DNA of 64,000 nt, from assembly GCA_964460245.1 (NCBI GenBank), contig CAYWTL010000002.1, positions 1,220 through 65,219 of the forward strand. The letters run 5' to 3'. Below the pieces are notes generated by a model. The model was not told the origin of the DNA. It did not search any database and saw only the letters and a program-made list of their open reading frames with translations. Below, in pieces: positions 27,421 through 37,898 of the stretch; positions within the stretch are counted from its first letter, which is position 1, and each line of letters begins with the position of its first letter. A program made the position numbers and the translations under genes. Source of the stretch: an uncultured Syntrophaceae bacterium. GTDB taxonomy: Bacteria; Desulfobacterota; Syntrophia; Syntrophales; Fen-1087.

Positions 27421-29217
27421 CTAACTCGCGTCGGACTTGAGAACGGCGAGGAAGGCGCTCTGGGGAATGCTCACCGAACCGATCATCTTCATCCGTTTCT
27501 TGCCTTTTTTCTGTTTCTCCAGAAGCTTTCTTTTTCGGGTGATATCGCCCCCGTAGCACTTTGCCGTGACGTCCTTTCGGAAAGGGGAGATGGTTGTTCT
27601 CGAGATGATTTCCCCTCCGACGACGCCCTGGATGGCGATCTTGAACATCTGGCGCGGGATCTCCTCTTTCAGCCGCTCGCAGGCCTGAAGGCCCCTTGCG
27701 CGCGCCCGTTCCCGGTGGACAATCTGGGAGAGGGCATCGACCTTTTCGCCGTTGACGAGGATGTCCAGCAGCACAAGCTGGCTTTCCCGGTAGTCGATGA
27801 CGTCATAGTCGAACGATCCGTAACCCTGGGTCACGGATTTGAAGCGGTCGTAGAAGTCGTAGATGACTTCGGCCAGAGGCATCTCGAAGATCAGTTCGGT
27901 CCGCCCCGGCCCGGTGTAGGTCAGCGCGGAATTGGCGCCGCGCTTTTCCATACAAAGCTTCATGACGGCGCCGAGATAACGGTCCGGCATCATCATGGCG
28001 GCGCGGATGTAGGGCTCCTCGCATTTTGCGATCGAGACCGGGTCCGGATAATGGGCGGGGTTGTCGACCTCCAGGACGGTTCCGTCCTTCAGGGTGAACC
28101 TAAAGCGGACGCTGGGGACGGACAGGATGATGGACAGATCGTATTCCCGTTCCAGCCGCTCCTGGACGATGTCGAGGTGCAGCAGACCCAGAAAACCGCA
28201 TCGGAATCCCTGCCCCAGGGCCACGGAGGAGTCCTTCTGGTAAATGAAGGAGGCGTCATTCAGCTTGAATTTTTCCAGGGAATCCGCCAGGTCTTCGTAG
28301 TCGTCGGAGGCGATGGGATAGATCGAAGCGTAAACGACCGGCTTGACCTCCTTGAAGCCGGGCAGCGGTTTTTCGCAGGGGCGGTTTTCCAGGGTGATCG
28401 TGTCTCCGGTTCGGACGTCGGACACCGTTTTGACGCCGGCAATGATGTAGCCGACTTCACCGGCGCTCAGAGATGGGCGCTTCTCACGGTTCAGGAGAAA
28501 ATGGCCGACCTCCTCGACCCTGTAGAGGGCATTGTTGAACATCAGGCGGATGGTGTCCCCCGCTTTCACCTGTCCGGCAAAGACGCGGCAATAGATCACC
28601 GTTCCCCTGAAGGGATCATAGTGCGCGTCGAAAATCAGCGCCGCAAGCGGCGCGGCCGGATCGCCGGCCGGAGGCGGGATTCGCCGGACAACGGCTTCAA
28701 GGATTTCCGCAATCCCCGTGCCCTCTTTTGCGGAACACTGCAGATGGCTCTCCGCGTTTAGTCCGAGTTCCGTTTCGATCTGTCCGATCACGCGCTCCAC
28801 ATCCGCGGAAGGCAGGTCGATCTTGTTGATGACCGGGATAATTTCCAGATCGTGTTCCATGGCCAGGTAGAGATTGGCCAGGGTCTGGGCCTGGACCCCC
28901 TGGGCGGCGTCGATGAGGAGCAGGACGCCCTCGCAGGAGGCAAGTGACCGGGAGACCTCGTAGGAAAAATCCACGTGGCCGGGGGTGTCGATCAGGTTGA
29001 GGGCATAGTTCTTTCCGTCCCGGGCTTTGTAAGGCAGGCAGATCGCCTGACTCTTGATGGTGATCCCCCGCTCTCTTTCAATCTCCATGTTGTCCAGGAT
29101 CTGGTCCTTGAAGTTCCGGTCGTTCACCACCCCGGTGTATTGGATCAAACGGTCCGCGAGCGTTGACTTGCCGTGGTCGATGTGGGCGATGATGCTGAAA
29201 TTGCGAATGTGTTCCAT
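27421..29217 (-). CDS. lepA: Translation elongation factor 4 (LepA)
   Basis: MEHIRNFSIIAHIDHGKSTLADRL..DTPGHVDF..NKIDL..; C-terminal LepA-specific domain ..GKKRMKMIGSVSIPQSAFLAVLK. ATG 29217 lies within ORF 27421..29262. Confidence 0.95.
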   Translation of the reverse strand: MEHIRNFSIIAHIDHGKSTLADRLIQYTGVVNDRNFKDQILDNMEIERERGITIKSQAICLPYKARDGKNYALNLIDTPGHVDFSYEVSRSLASCEGVLLLIDAAQGVQAQTLANLYLAMEHDLEIIPVINKIDLPSADVERVIGQIETELGLNAESHLQCSAKEGTGIAEILEAVVRRIPPPAGDPAAPLAALIFDAHYDPFRGTVIYCRVFAGQVKAGDTIRLMFNNALYRVEEVGHFLLNREKRPSLSAGEVGYIIAGVKTVSDVRTGDTITLENRPCEKPLPGFKEVKPVVYASIYPIASDDYEDLADSLEKFKLNDASFIYQKDSSVALGQGFRCGFLGLLHLDIVQERLEREYDLSIILSVPSVRFRFTLKDGTVLEVDNPAHYPDPVSIAKCEEPYIRAAMMMPDRYLGAVMKLCMEKRGANSALTYTGPGRTELIFEMPLAEVIYDFYDRFKSVTQGYGSFDYDVIDYRESQLVLLDILVNGEKVDALSQIVHRERARARGLQACERLKEEIPRQMFKIAIQGVVGGEIISRTTISPFRKDVTAKCYGGDITRKRKLLEKQKKGKKRMKMIGSVSIPQSAFLAVLKSDAS

Positions 29218-29285
29218 CAATGAACCTAAAAAAGCCCTCCCGTGGTTCGGAGGGCTTTTCATATATTTCTTCCGTCACGTTCTGT

Positions 29286-29960
29286 CTATGCCAGCTTTTT
29301 CTGAAGGTCTTCAGACACTTCCTTGACACCGGGCAGGCCGTCGACGCCGATTACTTTGACCCTTTCCTTAAAATAGTTCACGCCGGCCAGCGTTCCGGTT
29401 TTGGTGTCGTAGTAGATGTCATGACGCTTGCCGATCGCCGTTTCGTCCTGGTCGTCGGCGCGGGTGGTCAGCGTCTCGCAGCCGCAGACGCGGCACACCA
29501 TCTTTCCGTCCTTCAGGGCCGGTTTGATGGCATCGATGAAGATGTTGTTCGGATGGTTGTTGTCCTGGGCGCACAGCCGCCTCCCCATGATCCGGTTCTT
29601 GGAGGTCTGCCGGTCCAGGATGATCTCGATCACATAGTCCAGCTTGATATTTTCCTTCACGAGGGCATTCCAGAGCGCCTCCGCCTGGGCCAGATTTCTC
29701 GGGAAACCGTCCAGAAGCCAGCCTTTCTTGCAGTCGTCTTCCTTCAGCCGGTTCAGGATCATCGGGACGGTGATCTCATCGGGAACGAGTTCCCCCCGGT
29801 CGATGTAGCCTTTGGCCTTTTTGCCCAGTTCCGTCCCATTCTTGATGTTTTCCCGGAAGATCACGCCGGTTTCAATGTGGGACACGCCGAATTTCTTCTG
29901 CACGACCGCGCCCTGGGTTCCTTTGCCGCTTCCATTGGGTCCAAAAATGAGGATGTTCAT
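29286..29960 (-). CDS. adk: Adenylate kinase (long LID variant)
   Basis: MNILIFGPNGSGKGTQG (P-loop), DGFPRNLAQA, LID region GRRLCAQD..CRVCGCE..TRADD. ATG 29960 preceded by AAAGGAG. The ORF-track start at 30068 is an extension. Confidence 0.92.
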   Translation of the reverse strand: MNILIFGPNGSGKGTQGAVVQKKFGVSHIETGVIFRENIKNGTELGKKAKGYIDRGELVPDEITVPMILNRLKEDDCKKGWLLDGFPRNLAQAEALWNALVKENIKLDYVIEIILDRQTSKNRIMGRRLCAQDNNHPNNIFIDAIKPALKDGKMVCRVCGCETLTTRADDQDETAIGKRHDIYYDTKTGTLAGVNYFKERVKVIGVDGLPGVKEVSEDLQKKLA

Positions 29961-30119
29961 GCTGTCCAGCTCCTTTCGAGAGATCCATGATAAAGTCGGC
30001 CCCTTATAATGGATTGTTCCCATTTTCGCAATGACAAAATATCTCGCCTCCGGTCCGGGGAAGACCATGCAAAATCGGGATGCCTGAGGCGCGGCGGACC
30101 GCCGCGCCGATCAGTGTCC

Positions 30120-30311
30120 TCAGGTTGTGCCGCAGCTCGTGGCCGCGCAGGAGGTGCAGCCCGATTTCCCTCCTGCGAAGGCGGACATCATTTTCCGGGT
30201 ATTTCTGGATTTGCAGGCCGGGCAGGCAGGCTTCTGATTTTCGTCTGTGGATCGAAAAAGGACCTCAAATTCATTTTGGCATTTCTTGCACTGGAATTCA
30301 TAGATCGGCAT
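30120..30311 (-). CDS. FmdB-family zinc-ribbon protein
   Basis: MPIYEFQCKKCQNEFEVLF...ACPACKS is the typical FmdB/CxxC-x-CxxC small regulator N-terminus. ATG 30311 lies within ORF 30120..30371. Confidence 0.8.
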   Translation of the reverse strand: MPIYEFQCKKCQNEFEVLFRSTDENQKPACPACKSRNTRKMMSAFAGGKSGCTSCAATSCGTT

Positions 30312-30393
30312 CGCGCTGTCTCCATCTTTATTTCTCACATGCAATTTAGGCAAAGCACGGTCAAATGTCAAGAAAAGTCAAACAGGAATACCT

Positions 30394-30422
30394 TTGACAA
30401 GCCTTTTCGACTCTGTTAATAA
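30394..30422 (+). promoter_or_regulatory. Candidate sigma70-type promoter for the ComEA-like gene
   Basis: TTGACA (30394-30399), 17-nt spacer, TAATAA (30417-30422). Confidence 0.45.
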
Positions 30423-30491
30423 AGTGTACGTTTCAAGAACCGGGTTCGAAAGATCAACGGACGCAATAAAAAACCGAGATGGAGGGATTTT

Positions 30492-31121
30492 ATGACGAAA
30501 GGAAAAGGGGATTATTCGACGAAGCAATTCTTTTTAATGTGCACGGTCTTTTTAATCGGCGCGGCGTTCATCGTTTCATTCGGAGCGTCGGCTGCCTGGG
30601 CCGCCAAGGCGGAGGCGCAGAAGGCAGCCGCAGTCCTGGTTGATCTCAACACCGCCTCCGAAAAAGAGCTGGAGGCCATCAAGGGGGTCGGTCCGGCAAC
30701 GGCCAAGAAGATCATCGCGGGCCGTCCCTACAAGTCCGTGGACGAGCTTTCCAAAGCGGGATTGAACGCAAAGGCCATTGAAGGAATCAAGCCCTATGTC
30801 GCCGTCGGCAAGGCGCAGGCGGCGCCGGCCAAACCTGCCGTTCCCGCGGCTGCGGCGAAAACGGAGACGACCAAGCCCGCTAAGGAAGCCAAGACGGCGG
30901 CTAAACCTTCTGCCGCAGCGGCCAAACTGGCTCCCGGCACCAAGATTAATCTCAACACGGCGGATCAGGCCACGCTGGAGAAACTTCCCGAAATCGGTCC
31001 GGTCAAGGCAAAGGCGATCATCGCCGGAAGGCCTTACAAGAATGTGGAAGATGTGATGAAGATCAGCGGCGTCAAAGGAAAAACCTTTGACGCCATCAAA
31101 GAGTATATCGTTGTCAAATAG
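30492..31121 (+). CDS. Secreted ComEA-like protein with two helix-hairpin-helix DNA-binding modules
   Basis: Signal peptide ..GASAAWAAK. Two homologous modules: VDLNTASEKELEAIKGVGPATAKKIIAGRPYKSVDEL and INLNTADQATLEKLPEIGPVKAKAIIAGRPYKNVEDV. They are joined by an Ala/Pro/Lys-rich linker. Confidence 0.85.
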   Translation: MTKGKGDYSTKQFFLMCTVFLIGAAFIVSFGASAAWAAKAEAQKAAAVLVDLNTASEKELEAIKGVGPATAKKIIAGRPYKSVDELSKAGLNAKAIEGIKPYVAVGKAQAAPAKPAVPAAAAKTETTKPAKEAKTAAKPSAAAAKLAPGTKINLNTADQATLEKLPEIGPVKAKAIIAGRPYKNVEDVMKISGVKGKTFDAIKEYIVVK

Positions 31122-31195
31122 TTGCTGCCGCGATTGCATGCAGGTTAGCCGCACCGACATGGAAGCCCCATTCAACAACCTTAAGGAGGAAATTT

Positions 31196-31489
31196 ATGAA
31201 AAAGATTCTGATTCTGATTTGCGCTTTTTTCTTCATTGCCGCTGTTGCCTTTGCGGCGGGACCCAAGACCTATCAGGTGACCGGGCCGGTTCTGGAGGTG
31301 AACGCGGACACGATCGTCGTTCAGAAGGGCAAGGACAAATGGGAAATCGCCCGTGACGCCGCCACGAAGGTGACCGGCGATCTGAAGGTCGGTTCCAAAG
31401 TGACGATCGAATACACGATGAAGGCGGCGACCGTCGAGGTGAAGGACGCCAAGAAGGACGCCAAAAAGGCCGAGCCGAAGAAGAAGTAG
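31196..31489 (+). CDS. Small secreted protein with Lys-rich tail, unknown function
   Basis: AAGGAGG RBS. Signal peptide MKKILILICAFFFIAAVAFAAG. Beta-rich core and C-terminal KDAKKDAKKAEPKKK. Confidence 0.6.
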   Translation: MKKILILICAFFFIAAVAFAAGPKTYQVTGPVLEVNADTIVVQKGKDKWEIARDAATKVTGDLKVGSKVTIEYTMKAATVEVKDAKKDAKKAEPKKK

Positions 31490-31516
31490 CCGAACCTGCG
31501 GGACGATTTACCTTGA

Positions 31517-31569
31517 GACCGGCTGCCCCCGTCGAACCGGGGGCAACCGGTCGTTTCGTAATATTTTTT
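31517..31569 (+). terminator. Rho-independent terminator after the small secreted-protein gene
   Basis: 15-position stem (14 pairs, 1 mismatch): GACCGGCTGCCCCCG (31517-31531), loop tcgaac, CGGGGGCAACCGGTC (31538-31552). A T-rich tail ..GTTTCGTAATATTTTTT follows. Confidence 0.6.
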
Positions 31570-31596
31570 CAGCAGGATGAAGCCAAGGAGGCCATC

Positions 31597-32010
31597 ATGG
31601 GATTGTTCGATAAAATGGTGTCAATGGTTGGGGAAAACCTTTCCGGGGGCACGGAAAATAAAGGGCTGACGGAGCACGTTCTCAATCTGGTCAACAATCC
31701 GGAAATCGGCGGTCTTTCGGGGCTGGTCGAGAAATTCAACAGCAACGGCCTGGGTGATATCGTCGCCTCCTGGGTGGGAAAAGGGGCAAATCAGCCTGTT
31801 TCCGGTGACCAGATGGCCAGCACCCTGGGCATGGATAAAATCAGCGAGATCGCATCCAGCCTGGGCCTTTCCCGGACCCAGGCGGCAGACGGACTGGCCG
31901 CCGTTCTGCCTCAACTGATTGACAAGCTGACTCCGGATGGATCGGTTCCGGAAAACAATGTCCTCCAGCAAGGCTTGGGTCTGCTGGCCAAGCAATTCTT
32001 AAAAGGTTGA
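31597..32010 (+). CDS. YidB/DUF937-family protein
   Basis: MGLFDKMVSMVG..GGLSGLVEKFNSNGLGDIVASWVGKGANQPVSGDQMASTLG..LSRTQAADGLAAVLPQLIDKLTPDG is the characteristic YidB pattern. ATG 31597 follows AAGGAGG. The track start at 31513 spans the terminator. Confidence 0.8.
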   Translation: MGLFDKMVSMVGENLSGGTENKGLTEHVLNLVNNPEIGGLSGLVEKFNSNGLGDIVASWVGKGANQPVSGDQMASTLGMDKISEIASSLGLSRTQAADGLAAVLPQLIDKLTPDGSVPENNVLQQGLGLLAKQFLKG

Positions 32011-32026
32011 CGGCCAGGGAACTGAC

Positions 32027-33208
32027 ATGTCGATCTCAAAGAAAATACAGGGTTTTATAGCCCAGTCGTCCTGGATCCGGAAGATGTTTGAGGAAGGCAT
32101 CATCCTGAAGAAGCAGTACGGCGCCGACCGGGTCTACGATTTCAGCCTCGGCAACCCCAACATCGACCCACCGCTTCGCTTCGAGGAGCATCTTGAGAGA
32201 ACGGTCAAGATGGCCGGTCCCGGCAAGCATGCCTACATGCCGAACGCGGGATATCCCGAGACGCGGGCTGCCGTGGCAGCCCACATCAACGCGACGCATG
32301 GACTGTCCCTGGCTGCCGAACACATCGTTATGACCTGCGGCGCCGGCGGCGCCCTGAACGTCATCCTGAAAACCCTGCTGGATCCCGGCGACGAGGTGCT
32401 GGTTCCTTCGCCGTTTTTCGTGGAGTACCGCTTTTATGTCGACAATGCCGGCGGTATCCTGAAACGGGTCGGAACGAAAGAGGATTTTTCACTCGACCTG
32501 AAGGCCATGGCGTCAGCCCTCACCGACAGAACCAAGGTTGTTCTGATCAACTCGCCCAACAACCCGACGGGCAGGGTCTATGACGAAGCCTCGATTCGGG
32601 CGCTTGCGGCGCTGATGGAGGAAAAGGGCCGAGCGCTGGGGAGGGCGATCTACCTGGTCTCCGATGAACCGTACGGAGAGATCGTCTATGACGGCGTTCA
32701 CGTGCCCAGCATCCTGCAGGCCTGTTCGAACGGCATCATCGCGACTTCCTATTCCAAAAGCCTTTCCCTGCCGGGCGAACGGATCGGTTATATTGCCGTC
32801 AACCCGCTTCTGTCCGGGATTCAGGATGCGATCGACGGCATGGTTCTCTGCAACCGGATCCTCGGCTTCGTCAATGCGCCGGCCCTGATGCAGCGGGTCA
32901 TTGCCGGCATACAGGGTCTGTGCGTGGATGTCGGCGAATACCGGCGGAAGCGCGATCTACTCTGCGACGGGCTCGCATCGATCGGCTACAGATTTCACCG
33001 GCCCGAGGGGGCCTTCTATCTTTTCCCGAAGACGCCGATCGAGGATGATGTCGCCTTCGTCTCGGCGCTTCAGAAGAGAAGGATTCTCACCGTTCCCGGC
33101 AGCGGGTTCGGCGGTCCCGGGCATTTCCGGATCGCTTATTGCGTCGATGACGCCACCATCGTCAATGCCATGAAGGGATTCGAGGAGACCTTCAGGGAAT
33201 TCACCTGA
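32027..33208 (+). CDS. Class I/II pyridoxal-phosphate-dependent aminotransferase
   Basis: LGNPN..GYPETR..INSPNNPTGRVY..SDEPYGEIVYD..SYSKSLSLPGERIGY (PLP-lysine motif SxSK)..RIAY. 393 aa. Substrate cannot be assigned from sequence alone. Confidence 0.88.
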   Translation: MSISKKIQGFIAQSSWIRKMFEEGIILKKQYGADRVYDFSLGNPNIDPPLRFEEHLERTVKMAGPGKHAYMPNAGYPETRAAVAAHINATHGLSLAAEHIVMTCGAGGALNVILKTLLDPGDEVLVPSPFFVEYRFYVDNAGGILKRVGTKEDFSLDLKAMASALTDRTKVVLINSPNNPTGRVYDEASIRALAALMEEKGRALGRAIYLVSDEPYGEIVYDGVHVPSILQACSNGIIATSYSKSLSLPGERIGYIAVNPLLSGIQDAIDGMVLCNRILGFVNAPALMQRVIAGIQGLCVDVGEYRRKRDLLCDGLASIGYRFHRPEGAFYLFPKTPIEDDVAFVSALQKRRILTVPGSGFGGPGHFRIAYCVDDATIVNAMKGFEETFREFT

Positions 33209-33226
33209 AACTGAACGGCGACGGAA

Positions 33227-33253
33227 GCCCGCGGTCCCTTCGGGACGGCGGGC
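33227..33253. terminator. GC-rich hairpin between the convergent aminotransferase and acyP genes
   Basis: GCCCGCGGTCCC (33227-33238), loop TTC, GGGACGGCGGGC (33242-33253). 11 pairs with one G-G mismatch. No clear U-tract. Confidence 0.4.
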
Positions 33254-33275
33254 TGGCGCAGCGGGCGATTCGGCA

Positions 33276-33548
33276 TCAATAGCGGATCTCGAAGGCGTCG
33301 AAAGATTCGGTGCCCGCTTCTTCCCGCACCTGGACATCGCGAACCTGGGAAAGGCGGGGGCCTTTCCTGCACCAGCGCAGCATGGCCGCGACGGATTCGT
33401 CCGCTCCCGCAAAGACGGCTTCCACCCGACCGTCCGGGAGGTTTCTGACCCAGCCGGTCAGGTTCAGGGAGAGGGCCGTCTTCCGCGTCTCGTGGCGGAA
33501 CGCCACGCCCTGAACGAGGCCGGATAGGGTGACCCGGATCCGTTTCAA
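33276..33548 (-). CDS. acyP: Acylphosphatase
   Basis: 90 aa. VTLSGLVQGVAFRHETRKTALSLNLTGWVRNLPDGRVEAV is the acylphosphatase signature (V.G.VQGVGFR..GWV.N). Confidence 0.9.
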   Translation of the reverse strand: MKRIRVTLSGLVQGVAFRHETRKTALSLNLTGWVRNLPDGRVEAVFAGADESVAAMLRWCRKGPRLSQVRDVQVREEAGTESFDAFEIRY

Positions 33549-33549
33549 G

Positions 33550-35964
<2,415 letters not shown>

Positions 35965-36060
35965 TCATCTGGGGGGTAAGCTTTTTTCGGTTTATCGGCC
36001 TGGGCAAATGTGTTAAGGTTCACTGAAAAAACAGACAGAGCGTTTCGAGGTGAAAGCGGG

Positions 36061-36549
36061 ATGACAAAATCGATGTATGCGCCCTGGCGAATGGCTTATA
36101 TCAGAAGCGAAAAGCCCACAGGTTGCATTTTCTGCAGGGATTCGATCCGGAAAGACGACCTGATTCTCATTGAGGGGAAGAAGGCCTTTGTCATGCTGAA
36201 CCGCTATCCCTACATCAGCGGGCATCTCATGGTGATCCCGTTCCGCCATGTTCGGCAGATCGAGGACCTTCATCCCCTCGAAAAGTCGGAAACCCTGGAG
36301 CTGATCGAAATTTCCGTGAGATCCCTGAAGGAAGTCATGCGGCCGGAGGGATTCAACATCGGCATGAACCTGGGAAAAGCAGCCGGGGCCGGCGTCGACG
36401 ACCATCTTCATGTCCACGTTATTCCCCGGTGGAATGGGGACACGAATTTCATGAGCACGGTGGGAAGCATCCGCGTAATCCCGGAAGATCTTTACCGGAC
36501 AAGGGATTCCCTGCGGCCCTGCTTCAAGAAATATTGCCAGGAGGATTGA
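36061..36549 (+). CDS. HIT-family nucleotide hydrolase/transferase
   Basis: CIFC..VMLNRYPYISGHLMVIPFRH..GMNLGKAAGAGVDDHLHVHVIPRWNGD (HxHxH histidine triad). ATG 36061 lies within ORF 36010..36549. Confidence 0.88.
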   Translation: MTKSMYAPWRMAYIRSEKPTGCIFCRDSIRKDDLILIEGKKAFVMLNRYPYISGHLMVIPFRHVRQIEDLHPLEKSETLELIEISVRSLKEVMRPEGFNIGMNLGKAAGAGVDDHLHVHVIPRWNGDTNFMSTVGSIRVIPEDLYRTRDSLRPCFKKYCQED

Positions 36550-36550
36550 A

Positions 36551-36883
36551 ATGAAGCTTTTCTATACGGTCATCGTGGTTCTGGTTATGCTGTTCATTAT
36601 CACATTTTCGCTGGAGAACACGGAGCCCGTGTCCCTGCAGTATCTGGAGTATCGCATCGTGGTGAAGACCTATATGCTTCTTTTCATCTCCTTTCTCGCC
36701 GGAGTTGTCTTTGCGGGTTTCATGGGCATTGTGGAACGGTTCCGGCTGTCCCGGACGATCACGAAATTGAACAAGACCATTCGGGAATTGAGAAGGGATC
36801 TGAGGGCCAACGAGGCGCCGCAGCTTCTGGACGACAAGGCGGAGGACCCCGGCGGTGCAAAGAGCGGTTCCCCGATGTCCTGA
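36551..36883 (+). CDS. LapA/DUF1049-like small inner-membrane protein
   Basis: Two TM helices (YTVIVVLVMLFIITFSL, YMLLFISFLAGVVFAGFMGIV), then the basic helix RLSRTITKLNKTIRELRRDL. 1-nt gap after the HIT gene. Confidence 0.6.
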   Translation: MKLFYTVIVVLVMLFIITFSLENTEPVSLQYLEYRIVVKTYMLLFISFLAGVVFAGFMGIVERFRLSRTITKLNKTIRELRRDLRANEAPQLLDDKAEDPGGAKSGSPMS

Positions 36884-36897
36884 TTCGGCAGCCGAAG

Positions 36898-37437
36898 ATG
36901 AAGGGATCCATCCAGCGCCCCGCGTCAGATCATCTCTCCTTTCATGCGCCGAAAAAAGACCTCTCCGGGTTGCGCTTCGCCGCCGACGCCAATCTGGGCA
37001 GGCTGGTCACATGGATGCGCATGCTGGGATATGACACGCAGGTCGATCGGGGCAAAGCGGACAGGTGGTTTTTGCGCCGTGCCCGGGAGGAGTCTCGGAT
37101 TGTCCTGACGCGGAAGCGGGACCTGGCCGAAAGGCAGTTTACGGGCAGGATCCTCGTCATCGCCGCGGACCGAGTTCCGCAGCAGCTCCAAGAGGTTGTC
37201 GAACGGTTCGGTCTTCGTCCGGCGCCGGAGATGTTTTTCAGCAGATGCCTGCGGTGTAATCAGGTCCTGGAGAAGGTTGAGAGGGGCGAAGTCGAGAACC
37301 GGATTCCCGAATATGTCTATCAAAACACGGACGATTTTCGCGAGTGCCCGCAATGCCGGCGGATCTACTGGCCAGGCACCCACGGCGAGAACGCCCGCCG
37401 GTTTCTCAAACGGCACATTCCCGGTCATCCCCCTTGA
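36898..37437 (+). CDS. Mut7-C/DUF82 PIN-like RNase-domain protein with C-terminal zinc ribbon
   Basis: FAADANLGRLVTWMRMLGYDT..VLTRKRDL..; C-terminal CLRCNQ..x..CPQCRRIYWPGTH is typical of Mut7-C domain proteins. Confidence 0.7.
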   Translation: MKGSIQRPASDHLSFHAPKKDLSGLRFAADANLGRLVTWMRMLGYDTQVDRGKADRWFLRRAREESRIVLTRKRDLAERQFTGRILVIAADRVPQQLQEVVERFGLRPAPEMFFSRCLRCNQVLEKVERGEVENRIPEYVYQNTDDFRECPQCRRIYWPGTHGENARRFLKRHIPGHPP

Positions 37438-37897
37438 TCTTTTCGATTGCGTGCCGGATCGCAGGGAGGATGACGGAGAGGTTTTCGCGGACGCTCTTCG
37501 GGCTGCCCGGCAGGTTGACGATCAGCGTCCGGCCCCGGATGCCGGCAACGGCCCGCGAGATCAGGGCATGAGGCGTGACTCGATGGCTTTCCCGGCGCAT
37601 GGCTTCCGCCATGCCGGGGACCTCCCGGTCGATGACCGCCATCGTGGCGTCCGGCGTCACGTCCCTCGGGGAAACGCCGGTCCCGCCGGTCGTGACGACC
37701 AGGTCCATTTTCCGGCAATCGGCGAAATCGATGAGCGATTCCCGGATCGGATCGATCTCATCCGGCACGATTGCGCGCTCCCCGATCTCGATCCCGATTC
37801 CCTCCAGCATCTTCACGATCTCCGGGCCGCTTTTGTCTTCGCGGGTTCCCTGCGATCCTCTGTCGCTGACGGTGATTATGCCGGCGCGGATGGTCAA
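37406..37897 (-). CDS. mogA: Molybdopterin adenylyltransferase MogA (MoaB/MogA family)
   Basis: AGIITVSDRGS..EDKSGP..DLVVTTGGTGVSPRDVTPDAT..PGMAEAMR..SRAVAGIRGRTLIVNLPGSPKS. Confidence 0.88.
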   Translation of the reverse strand: MTIRAGIITVSDRGSQGTREDKSGPEIVKMLEGIGIEIGERAIVPDEIDPIRESLIDFADCRKMDLVVTTGGTGVSPRDVTPDATMAVIDREVPGMAEAMRRESHRVTPHALISRAVAGIRGRTLIVNLPGSPKSVRENLSVILPAIRHAIEKIKGDDRECAV

Positions 37898-37898
37898 A

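Noticed and set aside
30443-30451. GGTTCGAAA, resembling a tRNA T-loop, in the intergenic region upstream of the ComEA-like gene
   Set aside because: No complementary T-stem (the flanks CC/GATCA do not pair), and no acceptor or anticodon arms. I found no tRNA-like cloverleaf in any intergenic region.
30600-31080. Internal duplication in the ComEA-like gene as a possible DNA tandem repeat
   Set aside because: The two HhH modules are similar at protein level, but the nucleotide sequences have diverged substantially. This is an ancient domain duplication, not a repeat array.
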